64,000 nt of DNA. Source: Tetragenococcus sp. (GTDB lineage: Bacteria; Bacillota; Bacilli; Lactobacillales; Enterococcaceae). The notes beneath the pieces were generated by a model. The model worked only from the letters and a program-made list of their open reading frames with translations, was not told where the DNA came from and made no database searches. Positions 39,930-49,825 of this stretch are shown in pieces; the first letter of the stretch is position 1; each line of letters starts with the position of its first letter. Location of the stretch: NCBI GenBank assembly GCA_041859945.1, contig JBFLGC010000008.1, positions 1,746 through 65,745 of the forward strand, read 5' to 3'. A program made the translations under genes and the position numbers.

Positions 39930-41438
39930 TTATTGTTCAGACAAGGTTTGTAACTCATGGCAGAGTGCAGCTGTCTGTGGATAAACTTTTTTATATAAGG
40001 CGTATACTTTTTCGTAACGAGCCACCTTTTCAGGATCAGGCTGGATCTTTTTGGCATAATGGACAAAGCGATCAACACAGCTTGCAAAATCCGCACATAA
40101 ACCACTGCCCACTGCTGCTAACATCGCCGCGCCTAGACCTGGTCCTTGTTCGGTTTCAAGCACGAGCATCTCGGCATCGAAAATATCTGCCTGCATTTGT
40201 AACCAATCGGGGTTTTTAGCGCCACCCCCGACGGATATGATTTGCTTGAAATTTCGTCCGGCTACTGTTTTCATGATTTCTTGTGAATCTTTCAAAGAAA
40301 AAGTGATGCCTTCTAGAACGGCACGGGCAAAGTGAGTCAGACGATGATGGGTACCGATACCAATAAAACTTCCCCGGATCTGACTATCTTTATAAGGAAT
40401 GCGTTCACCCACGATATAAGGAGAAAAGAGCAGACCATCTGATCCAGGTGCGATCTTGCCAATATCCGCTAATAAGTCAGTGAAATTTTGCTCTGGCGCA
40501 AACGTATCACGGAACCAGCTCAAAGAATTTCCGGCTGCTAAGGTCACGCCCATGGAATAGACTTCTTTAGTAACCGTATGGCAAAAAACATGGAGCTCGC
40601 CGTGATAATCGACCGAACGTTTTGGTTCATAGGATAAGAAAACGCCACTGGTGCCAAAAGAAGCCATTGCGGCCCCTTCTTTGATGATCCCGGCTCCTAA
40701 AGCCGCACAAGCATTGTCGGCTCCTCCGGCAAAAATTTTTACTAGATGGTCAAAGCCAAATTTTTCTTGTAAAGCAAGCCTCAATGTCCCGATTTCAGCC
40801 GCCGAGTCATACAATTCAGGCAGGATCGCTTTCGAAATGACAAATTCCTGCAAAATCGCTTCTGACCAAGTATTGTTCGTCATGTCCAAAAGTAAGGTCC
40901 CGGCCGCATCAGAGTAATCGGTCGCAAAATTTCCCGTCAGCCAATGATTCACATAATCTTTAGGCAACATCAGATGCTTTACTTTGGCCCAATTTTCAGG
41001 TTCCTGTTCTTGGACCCATAAAATTTTGGGTAAAGTAAAACCTTCTTGGGCAATATTTTTCGTGATGGCCAAAAGCGGCTCTCCAAAGCGGGCCATGATT
41101 TCTTGACACTGCTGGGTCGTGCGCACATCGTTCCATAGAATCGCTGGGCGGATCACCTGCTCGTCTTCATCCAAAATGACCAAGCTGTGCATTTGTCCTG
41201 ACGTACTAATGCCAACAAGTTCTTGTTTCATCTCCGGATGATCACGAATCAATCGGGTCATTACTTTCTCCGCTGAGGCCAGCCAATCATCAGGATCCTG
41301 TTCGGAAAAACCCGGTTTAGGTGTTGCTAGTGGGTGCTCTGCGACTGCTTCTCCAACCAAATTTCCCATCTCATCAAATAACAAGCCTTTTAATGAACTC
41401 GTACCCAGATCTAATCCTAGTACATAAGCCAATTTCAC
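39930..41438 (-). CDS. xylB: xylulokinase (FGGY family)
   Basis: 502 aa. Begins MKLAYVLGLDLGTSSLKGLLFD, contains FGTSGV and GGGAKN. Confidence 0.85.
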   Translation of the reverse strand: MKLAYVLGLDLGTSSLKGLLFDEMGNLVGEAVAEHPLATPKPGFSEQDPDDWLASAEKVMTRLIRDHPEMKQELVGISTSGQMHSLVILDEDEQVIRPAILWNDVRTTQQCQEIMARFGEPLLAITKNIAQEGFTLPKILWVQEQEPENWAKVKHLMLPKDYVNHWLTGNFATDYSDAAGTLLLDMTNNTWSEAILQEFVISKAILPELYDSAAEIGTLRLALQEKFGFDHLVKIFAGGADNACAALGAGIIKEGAAMASFGTSGVFLSYEPKRSVDYHGELHVFCHTVTKEVYSMGVTLAAGNSLSWFRDTFAPEQNFTDLLADIGKIAPGSDGLLFSPYIVGERIPYKDSQIRGSFIGIGTHHRLTHFARAVLEGITFSLKDSQEIMKTVAGRNFKQIISVGGGAKNPDWLQMQADIFDAEMLVLETEQGPGLGAAMLAAVGSGLCADFASCVDRFVHYAKKIQPDPEKVARYEKVYALYKKVYPQTAALCHELQTLSEQ

Positions 41439-41445
41439 ACCTCCT

Positions 41446-41482
41446 AAGTTAATTAGTTATACAAACCAACTAAAATGATTAT
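41446..41482. promoter_or_regulatory. candidate XylR operator (TTAGTT-n9-AACTAA) in the xylAB/xylR divergent region
   Basis: Inverted repeat aaTTAGTTatacaaaccAACTAAaa, resembling Bacillus xyl operators. Confidence 0.35.
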
Positions 41483-41616
41483 AAATCAGAAAAAAGCACT
41501 TGTCAAACGATTTCACAAAAAAATACTATCTTCCTATTTTTTTTGTGAAAGACGTGAAAATAAAGCTCTTGCCAAGATTGCTTTTTCAAAGTAAACTTAA
41601 AAAAAGGAGAATCAGC

Positions 41617-42777
41617 ATGATCATAAACAAACTCGGGATCCGTGAACAAAATGAAGCGGCTGTTTTGCAAGCAATCATTAATCAAAAAAATATCAGTCGG
41701 GTCCAAATTTCGCACATGACCCATTTAAATAAAGCTTCCGTTTCACAAATCATCAAAAAATTGCTCGACGACCAACTCGTTTTTGAAGTCGGTAGTGGAG
41801 CTTCGACAACAAGTGGTGGCAGAAGACCAATAAAACTGGCTTTTAATGGGATGTGTGGCTTAGCGGTAGCCTTTGATGTCGGCTACAATTATATCAAAAG
41901 TAAACTGGCCTATATCGATGGCACGCCAATAAATAACATTTCCAAACAAAACTTAATCTTGACCAAGGAGAATATCTTTCCTTTCTTACAAGAAACGATG
42001 AATGAACTATTGGTCGACCTGCCCCAGACTCCCTTTGGTTTGACCGGCATCGCTATTGCTATTCATGGTATCGTCGAAAACAATCAGATGACTTTCACAC
42101 CTTATTATGATTTAGCTGGCTTAGACTTGGTGACCCCACTTACGTCAACCTACCAGGTCCCAGTCTTTTTAGAAAACGAAGCGAACTTGACTGCACTGGG
42201 GGAATATTGCTTTATTTCTGATCAAGAAAATCTGATTAGTGTCAGTATCCATAGCGGGATCGGTGCTGGTATCATCACCAATGGCCAACTTCAAACAGGT
42301 CCACATGGCGCCTCGGGCGAAATCGGTCACTCAATCCTTTTTCCAAATGGTACGCCTTGCCCTTGTGGCAACCACGGTTGTCTGGAGCAATATGCTTCTA
42401 ATAAAGTCTTATTTGATCGTTATGCCAAAGAAAAGAGCTTAAGCTTGGTCAATTCTGATGTTTTTGCCGAAAAAGTTGCTGAAAAAGAGCCCCTTGCTTT
42501 AAAGTTGGCCGATGAGAACTGCCATTATTTAGCTATTGGGATCAATAATTTGATCACCTTGTTCGATCCAGAGACCATTTACATGAATAGTTCGGTTTAT
42601 CGTAAGGTTCCGGACTTAGTGATCCAAATGGAACAACTGCTAAATAGTCGCTTTACCAAAGAGGTCCACATAAAAAATAGTCTTCTTGGCGAAAACGCGA
42701 CGCTCTATGGCGGGATCGCCCGCATCGCCAGCCAATTTTTACACATCGAAAAATTGAAATTTCCCGCCGAAGATTAG
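41617..42777 (+). CDS. xylR: ROK-family xylose repressor
   Basis: Start at MIINKLGIREQNEAAVLQAI with an AAAGGAG ribosome-binding site. N-terminal wHTH plus a ROK sugar-kinase fold with a CPCGNHGC zinc motif. Confidence 0.75.
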   Translation: MIINKLGIREQNEAAVLQAIINQKNISRVQISHMTHLNKASVSQIIKKLLDDQLVFEVGSGASTTSGGRRPIKLAFNGMCGLAVAFDVGYNYIKSKLAYIDGTPINNISKQNLILTKENIFPFLQETMNELLVDLPQTPFGLTGIAIAIHGIVENNQMTFTPYYDLAGLDLVTPLTSTYQVPVFLENEANLTALGEYCFISDQENLISVSIHSGIGAGIITNGQLQTGPHGASGEIGHSILFPNGTPCPCGNHGCLEQYASNKVLFDRYAKEKSLSLVNSDVFAEKVAEKEPLALKLADENCHYLAIGINNLITLFDPETIYMNSSVYRKVPDLVIQMEQLLNSRFTKEVHIKNSLLGENATLYGGIARIASQFLHIEKLKFPAED

Positions 42778-42814
42778 GCAATGCCCCATGACTCGTTTCA
42801 TGGGGCATTGCTTT

Positions 42815-43603
42815 TTAAAGATGATTATACAAAAAAGCGGAAAGCAGATAAAGAATAGCAATATGCGCCGGATAGAAAATGTAGAAAAAGTATTTCATAC
42901 CGCGGCCTTTTTGCCCATTATATAAAGCAATCGGTAGGATCGCAAAAATCATCAATCCTTGCGTTGACCCTAGCAAGCCATAAAGTGCGGCCACTATAGC
43001 GATCACTAGACATTGTAATTTACGATTATCTTTGAACAGATACAGTAGTGGGATCAGCAACACCATGACATTATTTTCGGCGGCCAAAATAGCAGGCAGG
43101 ACCATCAGCATGAACGATTTGACAATTTGAGGACTGTTTGGGTTTTGCAGGACCCCCATCAGCAAAACGCTAAAAAGGAAGGGTAAACTGAACCATAGCA
43201 GGCCGAGCAGAATATGCTTCGTACGCTTTCCCGTTTTGGCTGCCTTAAATTGATCGATGCCTGTCATAAACATGGTCCCGATAAATAGATCCCGAAAGAT
43301 ATTGTTGATCAAAACCACTTGATCAAAGCCCACGACCCGTTCCAAAAGCTGCATGAATGCGGCCATTAATACCATACTTATATAGAGACGGAGCATATAT
43401 TTTTTCTTATCATGGGTATGACTAAAACCGACCACACTCGTGAAAAAAAACAAAGTGGCAACAGGCCGTCCGAACCAATCGAGCCAAGTAGGCGCACCGA
43501 ATGGGACGAACATTTGGTGGACATGATCCACTACCATCAGAGTGATCCCGAGTATTTTGATTTGGAAAGTGGATAGGCCTTTTTTAATAACGGTTGTTTG
43601 CAT
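42815..43603 (-). CDS. TraX-family membrane protein
   Basis: Start at MQTTVIKK with an AAAGGAG ribosome-binding site. The N-terminal region FQIKILGITLMVVDHVHQMF matches the TraX family signature. Confidence 0.65.
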   Translation of the reverse strand: MQTTVIKKGLSTFQIKILGITLMVVDHVHQMFVPFGAPTWLDWFGRPVATLFFFTSVVGFSHTHDKKKYMLRLYISMVLMAAFMQLLERVVGFDQVVLINNIFRDLFIGTMFMTGIDQFKAAKTGKRTKHILLGLLWFSLPFLFSVLLMGVLQNPNSPQIVKSFMLMVLPAILAAENNVMVLLIPLLYLFKDNRKLQCLVIAIVAALYGLLGSTQGLMIFAILPIALYNGQKGRGMKYFFYIFYPAHIAILYLLSAFLYNHL

Positions 43604-43740
43604 TTTAATAGCTCCTTTCAATTTTCATTTTACATTATAGTATTGAAAGCTTTCAAATTTCTTACACATTTCTTACAAAAGGCTTACATTGACAAATTGG
43701 TTTTTTTAAGTAAAAATAAAAGCAATGAAAGAAGGGATCT

Positions 43741-44109
43741 ATGTTGAACGCACTGGAAAATGTCCGGCGTTTCCGTAATGAACGCCACTGGCTCCATCCT
43801 CACAAAGAAAAAGATCTGGCGCTATCGATCAGTTTAGAAGCCGCCGAATTATTAGAATTATTTCAATGGAAAACGTCAGAAGAAGCCATTGCGCAAAAGA
43901 AAAAAGAACTGGCCGAAGAATTAGCCGACGTTTTCATTTATGCCTATATGTTGGCTGACAATCTAGATTTGGATGTTGATGAGATCGTTGAAAAAAAATT
44001 ACAGAAAAATACCGAACGCTACCCAGCGCAAGTGTTGCGTGAGCATCCAGAGTCCTATGCGGCATTACGGGCTAGCAGTCGCGCTAAACTCAAACATGAT
44101 CAAAGTTGA
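43741..44109 (+). CDS. MazG-like nucleotide pyrophosphohydrolase (small single-domain)
   Basis: 122 aa with EAAELLE..ELADVFIYAYMLA, the MazG all-alpha NTP-PPase core. Confidence 0.6.
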   Translation: MLNALENVRRFRNERHWLHPHKEKDLALSISLEAAELLELFQWKTSEEAIAQKKKELAEELADVFIYAYMLADNLDLDVDEIVEKKLQKNTERYPAQVLREHPESYAALRASSRAKLKHDQS

Positions 44110-44176
44110 GCGTTGCATTTCCGCACTTTTCCGTTTAAACTAGAGATGAGTAAGCGGCTACAAGGAAGTGAGCAAC

Positions 44177-44692
44177 ATGGATCCAGTCACCATCCGCGGC
44201 AAGACGATCGACAAGCATCTAAAAGCCATCGCCTTGTCGCGCCAAGAAGTCCTTTCCTATCAGCCCCTAGAAAACAGCGTTTTGATTTCTTATGGTGGCT
44301 CCTACAAGGGGCAAATCGCGCGACGAGTCCCTGAAAAAGTAAAGCTGCGCTACCGCGATGTATTGGAACTTGCGGTCGATGATGTCATCAGTGATAAACG
44401 AGATAGTAAGCACTTGTCGCTTTTTTCTAGTTTTGATGTCCATGCCTTCGATGAAAAGGATTGTCAAAAAACGCGGCAGTTTATCGAAAAATATGCCGAT
44501 GCCTATTTTGTCGTCCATTGCGATGCCGGTATCAGTCGTAGTTCAGCTACTGCCTATTATATCGCCGAAAAATACGCACCAGAAGATTTCAAGTCTTTAC
44601 AAAAACTGGGTATCTATTTCCCCAATCCTCGTATCTACGGCTTTTTAAAAGATGATCATTTCGATCCGAAAGTTTATCGTCGCTATGACTAA
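44177..44692 (+). CDS. dual-specificity / Tyr-phosphatase-like protein (CX5R motif)
   Basis: VHCDAGISRS is a Cys-x5-Arg P-loop. Start at MDPVTIRG. Confidence 0.5.
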   Translation: MDPVTIRGKTIDKHLKAIALSRQEVLSYQPLENSVLISYGGSYKGQIARRVPEKVKLRYRDVLELAVDDVISDKRDSKHLSLFSSFDVHAFDEKDCQKTRQFIEKYADAYFVVHCDAGISRSSATAYYIAEKYAPEDFKSLQKLGIYFPNPRIYGFLKDDHFDPKVYRRYD

Positions 44693-44734
44693 ATTTCACT
44701 GCTTGATGTTTCTTTCTAAAAATTTGATACAGAA

Positions 44735-44770
44735 CAAAAAAGCGAGCCATCAGCTGCTCGCTTTTTTGTT
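44735..44770. terminator. bidirectional terminator
   Basis: AAAAAAGCGAGC catcagct GCTCGCTTTTTTG. Confidence 0.65.
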
Positions 44771-44860
44771 CATTTCAGACTCTATGGCACCTTATTTCCC
44801 GTACTTACGTGCATTCGATAGATGTTAAATTGAAAACATAGTTGACAAACACGACGATTT

Positions 44861-45847
44861 TTAATGTGCCGATTTTTTCAATAATTGGAAAATAAAGTAC
44901 GGTGCCCCGACCAGAGCCACGATGATTCCCGCTGCCATCTCTCCATTTGGCAAAACGATCCGACCTAAGACATCGCTATATAACAAAATCAAGGCACCGA
45001 TCGTAGCTGACAGTACAATCGTTTGATTATTTTTACGTTGCAACAATTGTTTGGCGATATGAGGGGCGATCAAGCCGATGAAACTGATCGAACCTGCGAC
45101 CGCGACACTGATAGCCGCCAAAATAATGGCCGCACATAAAAAGAAGAGTTGCTTGCGCTTTAGCGGCACCCCCAAGCCGATCGCTTCTTCATCGCCTAAT
45201 TCAATGACTTCTAAACTTTTTCCTTGCGCTAAAATAAGTGGCAATAAAACCATGAGTCCCGGCATGATCATAACCACATGTTTCCAAGTCGTGCCCCAAA
45301 TCGTTCCTGAAAGCCAAGCCGTGACAAAACGATAACTGTCTCTAGAAATCTTGATCGTCCCGATCAAGGTCAAAGAGGAGATTCCCGCATTGACTGCCAC
45401 CCCGGCTAATAGTAAGCGGTTCGGATCAAATCGCCTTTTTTGTTTACCACAAAAATAAACGAAGTAGGCTGCCAAAAAACTACCTACACACGCAATCAGC
45501 GGTAAGAAAGCATTTGTTTTCTGCGCAGAAAAAAAGCCCAAATAAAGCAAGACCAACAATCCAGCGCCCGAATTGATGCCTAAGATCCCGGGGTCGGCTA
45601 AATCATTATGGGTGATCGTTTGAAAAAGATAACCTGAAACGGCCAAGCCTGCGCCAGCAAAGAGCGAAATGAACATTCGTGGCATCCTAAAATCATAAAT
45701 GATCAATTTTTGTGCCTTTGTCCCTTTTCCTAACAACGCTTGAAATAGTTCACTAAATGTCAACATATTCTTCCCGACCATCAAACTGGCACAAAGTCCA
45801 AAGACTAATAGCAGCAGTAAGAAGCTCCACGTACTTTTTTTCCTCAT
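44861..45847 (-). CDS. iron-siderophore ABC transporter permease (FecCD family)
   Basis: 328 aa polytopic permease, FecCD-like. Confidence 0.8.
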   Translation of the reverse strand: MRKKSTWSFLLLLLVFGLCASLMVGKNMLTFSELFQALLGKGTKAQKLIIYDFRMPRMFISLFAGAGLAVSGYLFQTITHNDLADPGILGINSGAGLLVLLYLGFFSAQKTNAFLPLIACVGSFLAAYFVYFCGKQKRRFDPNRLLLAGVAVNAGISSLTLIGTIKISRDSYRFVTAWLSGTIWGTTWKHVVMIMPGLMVLLPLILAQGKSLEVIELGDEEAIGLGVPLKRKQLFFLCAAIILAAISVAVAGSISFIGLIAPHIAKQLLQRKNNQTIVLSATIGALILLYSDVLGRIVLPNGEMAAGIIVALVGAPYFIFQLLKKSAH

Positions 45848-46824
45848 ACGTCTCCCCTCCTGACCTGAACCAATAAGAGTGGCACACCAATAAGCGTCAC
45901 CAGAACTCCGACAGGCGTTTCCAAAGGTGGTGCGATCAAACGCGAACCGACGTCAGCTAGCACAAAAAATAAAGCTCCGAAAACGGCCGCTGCCGGAATA
46001 ACTTGCTTATAGTCATGGCCTACAAAGAAACGTACGATATGCGGAATGATTAAGCCTAAAAAACTGATCGTACCTACCAGTGAGACTGCCGTTCCGGCCA
46101 ATAATAACACACAGATCATGGCTTTTTCTCGGATTCTTTGCGGATTTTTTCCTAGCGATATAGCTGTTTCATCGCCCATACTAAGTAAGGTGATTTCTTG
46201 ACTAATTACACAAGCACCTCCGATCGCCAGTAGTATCAGTGGAAGTGCAATCTTGATTTGAGGGGCTGTCACATTGCCGGTCCCGCCCACTAACCAAAAC
46301 GTGATATCTTGATTCATGTCAAAGAGTAAATTCAGGCTTTGACTGACTGCCGTAAAAAAGGAACTGATCGCCGTACCCAATAGTACCATGCGGATCGAAG
46401 AACGAGCAAAAGTGATCCGACTTGAAGCAAAATAAACGATCGAGAGCGCCACTGCCGCCCCGATAAAGGAAGCTGTGATCGTGATCACAGGTTTAGGTGT
46501 CGGCATAAAAGCAAAAGTTATTGCCAGGCCCAGGCCAGCACCAGCATTTATACCCAGTAACCCAGAATCGGCTAGAGGATTATTGGTCACTCCTTGCATC
46601 AAGGCGCCTGAAACAGCAAAAGCCGCCCCTACCGCCGCTGAAGCTAACGTGCGCGGCATTCGTAATTGTTGGATCAATAATTGGATCGGATCATTTTTGT
46701 CAAAAGCCGAAAGTGTCTGCCAAACCTCTTGCCAACTACTCGTGACCGCGCCATATTTCAAAGAAGCTGCCAGTGCCAAAATTAAAAAGAGCGTACTCAA
46801 TCCAAAAAATATATGTTTTTTCAT
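45844..46824 (-). CDS. iron-siderophore ABC transporter permease (FecCD family), second subunit
   Basis: 326 aa. Overlaps the downstream permease gene by 4 nt. Confidence 0.8.
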   Translation of the reverse strand: MKKHIFFGLSTLFLILALAASLKYGAVTSSWQEVWQTLSAFDKNDPIQLLIQQLRMPRTLASAAVGAAFAVSGALMQGVTNNPLADSGLLGINAGAGLGLAITFAFMPTPKPVITITASFIGAAVALSIVYFASSRITFARSSIRMVLLGTAISSFFTAVSQSLNLLFDMNQDITFWLVGGTGNVTAPQIKIALPLILLAIGGACVISQEITLLSMGDETAISLGKNPQRIREKAMICVLLLAGTAVSLVGTISFLGLIIPHIVRFFVGHDYKQVIPAAAVFGALFFVLADVGSRLIAPPLETPVGVLVTLIGVPLLLVQVRRGDV

Positions 46825-47615
46825 CAGGAAGACTCCCTTGCCAAATCATAAGACACGATCATGGGTTTCTGATTTTTTGGGGAGAGGATGATTTGTGGAT
46901 AAATATCGAAAAGGGTCCGTAAATTTTCGACTGTAAACACTTCTGTCGGACTGCCTTCCAAAATCAACTGACCTTGTTTCATAGCCAAAATGTGATCTGA
47001 AAAGCGAGCTGCATGATTCAAATCATGGATCGTCATCAAGATCGTCTTGCCTTGTCGGTTGATGTTTTCTAATAAGTAAAGGATCTCTAATTGATGGGCC
47101 GGATCCAAAAAGGAAATCGGTTCATCTAAAATCAGGATATCCGTATCTTGTGCTAAGGCCATCGCGATCCAGACCCGCTGTTGTTGTCCGCCTGACAAAG
47201 TGTTCAAGGGGCGATCTTTGAATTCGCTCAAGCCCGTCGATTCGATGGCCCATTGGATTTTTTCATGGTCTTCTTTTTGCAGGCCCGAGAAGCCAGTTTG
47301 ATAAGGAAAACGCCCGTAAGATATGATTTCAGCTACTTTTAACCCCGCAACTTGACTGGTTTTTTGTGACAATAAGGCCAATTTTTGTGCCACTTTTTTC
47401 GTATCTAAGCTATCGATTGCTTCATCGTCGATACATACCGTCCCCTTGATTGGCTCTAAAATCCGTGCCAAAGTTTTTAATAAAGTCGTTTTGCCACTTC
47501 CGTTAGGCCCGATCAGACTAGTGATTTTTCCTTCTGGAATAGCGATCGTCACGTCATTGAACACGATTTTCTTCTCATAGCCACACGATAGCTCTGCCGT
47601 TGTTAATCTTGCCAT
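46824..47615 (-). CDS. iron-siderophore ABC transporter ATP-binding protein (FhuC/FecE-like)
   Basis: Start at MARLTTAELSCGYE. Walker A GPNGSGKTT, LSGGQ, Walker B ILDEP. A Fur box sits immediately upstream, which supports the shorter start. Confidence 0.8.
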   Translation of the reverse strand: MARLTTAELSCGYEKKIVFNDVTIAIPEGKITSLIGPNGSGKTTLLKTLARILEPIKGTVCIDDEAIDSLDTKKVAQKLALLSQKTSQVAGLKVAEIISYGRFPYQTGFSGLQKEDHEKIQWAIESTGLSEFKDRPLNTLSGGQQQRVWIAMALAQDTDILILDEPISFLDPAHQLEILYLLENINRQGKTILMTIHDLNHAARFSDHILAMKQGQLILEGSPTEVFTVENLRTLFDIYPQIILSPKNQKPMIVSYDLARESS

Positions 47616-47632
47616 TCTCTTTTCCCTCTCCA

Positions 47633-47655
47633 TTTGATAATCATTCTCAATTATC
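47633..47655. promoter_or_regulatory. Fur box in front of the ABC ATPase/permease operon
   Basis: TTGATAATCATTCTCAATTATC compared with the consensus GATAATGATAATCATTATC. Confidence 0.55.
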
Positions 47656-47878
47656 GCTTTCTTTTGTGATTTCGTCAACAGCTTTTGCGAAATTTGCCAG
47701 TTATTTTTGCTTTCAGCTCAAGTGGGCTATTTTTAACTTTCCTATTTTGAGGCGATCCATCTTTTTACGATTTCCGATGGCAGACAACACTTCCTTATTC
47801 TTTTGATCATTTTTCTGATTACATCCATTTCTCTAGCCAAATTTTTTTAAATCAGGGTTGACATTTGCTTGTCCTTTC

Positions 47879-47908
47879 ACGATAATATTAATTGAGAACA
47901 ATTATCAA
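47879..47908. promoter_or_regulatory. Fur box overlapping the -10 of the substrate-binding-protein promoter
   Basis: TTGACA, 17 nt, then GATAATATTAATTGAGAACAATTATCAATT. Confidence 0.55.
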
Positions 47909-47925
47909 TTAAAAAGGAGAAATTT

Positions 47926-48879
47926 ATGTCTAAGAAATTTTTTACAACTATGCTTAGTTGCTGCTCGATATTCCTGCTCTCCGCTTGTGGCCAATCAGAC
48001 ACGAGGGATTCAAGCGAACAAGTTTCCACAACTTCTACTACGGTCGCAACAGAAAAGACACTGACTGACTCGCAAGGTCATGAGGTTACGATCCCAGCCG
48101 AACCAAAACGGATCATTGGCTCTTACTTGGAAGATTATCTCGTTGCTTTAGATGAGATCCCTGTGGCCCAATGGACAGTCGGCAAAAATTCTAGTCAAGG
48201 TTATTTGCAAGACGAATTAGCCGATGTGCCTTTGATCAACTACGATTTACCTTATGAAGATGTGCTGAGTTATGAACCGGATTTGATTTTGATCGAGTCA
48301 GATGCGGCAGTCGAAGGGGATAAATACGACGAATATGCTAAAATCGCACCGACTTATGTCGTTAAAAACGGCACTGATGTCTCTTGGCAAGAACGCTTAG
48401 AAGACGTTGCGTCTGTTTTTGGCAAAGAAGATAAAGCCAAAGAAATCGAAGCTGATTATGAAAAATTAGTCACTGAGACTAAAGAAAGTGAACAAGATAA
48501 AATCGCTGGCAAGTCGGCCGCAGTCATCTGGGTCACCAATAATTCGGCCTTCATGGTAGCAGGCAATCGTTCGAGTGGGAAATTGATCTATGATGAATTA
48601 GGCTTTGAAATGCCCGAATTGACGCAACAAATTTCTGAAGAGGCGACTTCCGACTTTTCTGCTGTTTCTTTAGAAAGCCTTTCGCAATTAAATGCCGACT
48701 ATTTGATTTTGGTCAATAGTGACGAAGGTGCGGCGATGTTTAGCGACCCATTATGGGAAAATATCCCGGCAGTGAAAAATGATCAGGTCTTTGAATATGG
48801 ACCGGATAAGAGCTGGTTATATAGCGGACCTATTGCCTACACAAAAATGTTAGAAGATATCAAAGAAAGTTTACAATAG
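47926..48879 (+). CDS. iron-siderophore ABC substrate-binding lipoprotein (FhuD/FatB-like)
   Basis: Lipobox LLSAC. 317 aa periplasmic-binding-protein fold. Confidence 0.8.
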   Translation: MSKKFFTTMLSCCSIFLLSACGQSDTRDSSEQVSTTSTTVATEKTLTDSQGHEVTIPAEPKRIIGSYLEDYLVALDEIPVAQWTVGKNSSQGYLQDELADVPLINYDLPYEDVLSYEPDLILIESDAAVEGDKYDEYAKIAPTYVVKNGTDVSWQERLEDVASVFGKEDKAKEIEADYEKLVTETKESEQDKIAGKSAAVIWVTNNSAFMVAGNRSSGKLIYDELGFEMPELTQQISEEATSDFSAVSLESLSQLNADYLILVNSDEGAAMFSDPLWENIPAVKNDQVFEYGPDKSWLYSGPIAYTKMLEDIKESLQ

Positions 48880-48883
48880 CAAG

Positions 48884-48917
48884 AAAGCTGTCCCATTTCA
48901 CCTTGGGACAGCTTTTT
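48884..48917. terminator. bidirectional terminator
   Basis: AAAGCTGTCCCA tttcacctt TGGGACAGCTTTTT. Confidence 0.6.
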
Positions 48918-49629
48918 CGGACTCTAAAAACGCACTAGCCTCACGATGGATCTGCCGAAAATCGATGCCTTGTTGTTTGCCAGCAAAAATACAACCACAA
49001 TAACATTGTCGATAGACATCATAGTCTTTACACAGTTGGAGCGAACGTTGATAGCCACCTTGTTTCTTAAAATCGCTTGGCAAATAATTCACGTCATAGA
49101 TTTTTTGAATCTCAAAACCGATCTCATTGATCAATTGAGCATTTTTCTTAGGTGAAATAGTTAAGGAACTGCCGAAATAGTCATAGCCGCCAGCAAGAGC
49201 CGCTTCGGCCACCAGATCCAAGCGCATTTGAAAACAAGCACTGCAACGTAAGCCGCCTTCTGGTTCTTTGGTCAAACGCTTTTCTTGCATCAAACGCACA
49301 AATTCATTGGGTTTATAATCGGCTTCTATGAAAGCCACTTGTTTTTGAGTTTGCTCATTGAAATGATCGATAAACTGTCGCTGCACCAAGGCCCGCCGCC
49401 GATATTCACTTTCTGGATAAATATTGGAGTTGGCATAATAAACCGTCACATCCGCAAATTCTGTCAAAAATTCCAACGTGTAAGTACTACAGGGCGCACA
49501 ACAACTGTGGATCAAAATTTTGGGACGGAGGTCCTCTGCTTGCCATTTAGCGATCATTTTCCGTAAAACACTATCATAATTTATTTTTTGATTCGACATA
49601 TGAGCAATGATTTCATTACCATCTAACAT
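48898..49629 (-). CDS. queH: epoxyqueuosine reductase QueH (DUF208)
   Basis: Conserved HSCCAPCS and a C-terminal CYCGC cluster. The start is uncertain: track GTG at 49674, ATG at 49629 or ATG at 49599, none with a strong RBS. Confidence 0.65.
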   Translation of the reverse strand: MLDGNEIIAHMSNQKINYDSVLRKMIAKWQAEDLRPKILIHSCCAPCSTYTLEFLTEFADVTVYYANSNIYPESEYRRRALVQRQFIDHFNEQTQKQVAFIEADYKPNEFVRLMQEKRLTKEPEGGLRCSACFQMRLDLVAEAALAGGYDYFGSSLTISPKKNAQLINEIGFEIQKIYDVNYLPSDFKKQGGYQRSLQLCKDYDVYRQCYCGCIFAGKQQGIDFRQIHREASAFLESEKAVPR

Positions 49630-49825
49630 GCGATCACATCCAACTTTCTTTCCTTTTATTTTAAACGAGATCACACCTATTTACAATCGTAGTTTTATCT
49701 CTCGTACTCATGCATACTTCCGTCAGCACTACTTTGCTATTCTCGTACTCACGCAAACCTCTGTTAGTCTTATCTTGCTTAAAAAAAATAGCCAGCCAAG
49801 CCTTTTCGCTTAGCTGGTCGTATTT

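Noticed and set aside
43630-43660. Palindrome TTGAAAGCTTTCAA upstream of the TraX-family gene as a cre site
   Set aside because: The core CG of the cre consensus is replaced by CT. A perfect palindrome, but a weak match, and left unassigned.
49690-49775. Possible CRISPR array
   Set aside because: Only two imperfect repeats, no regular spacers and no cas genes anywhere in the window.
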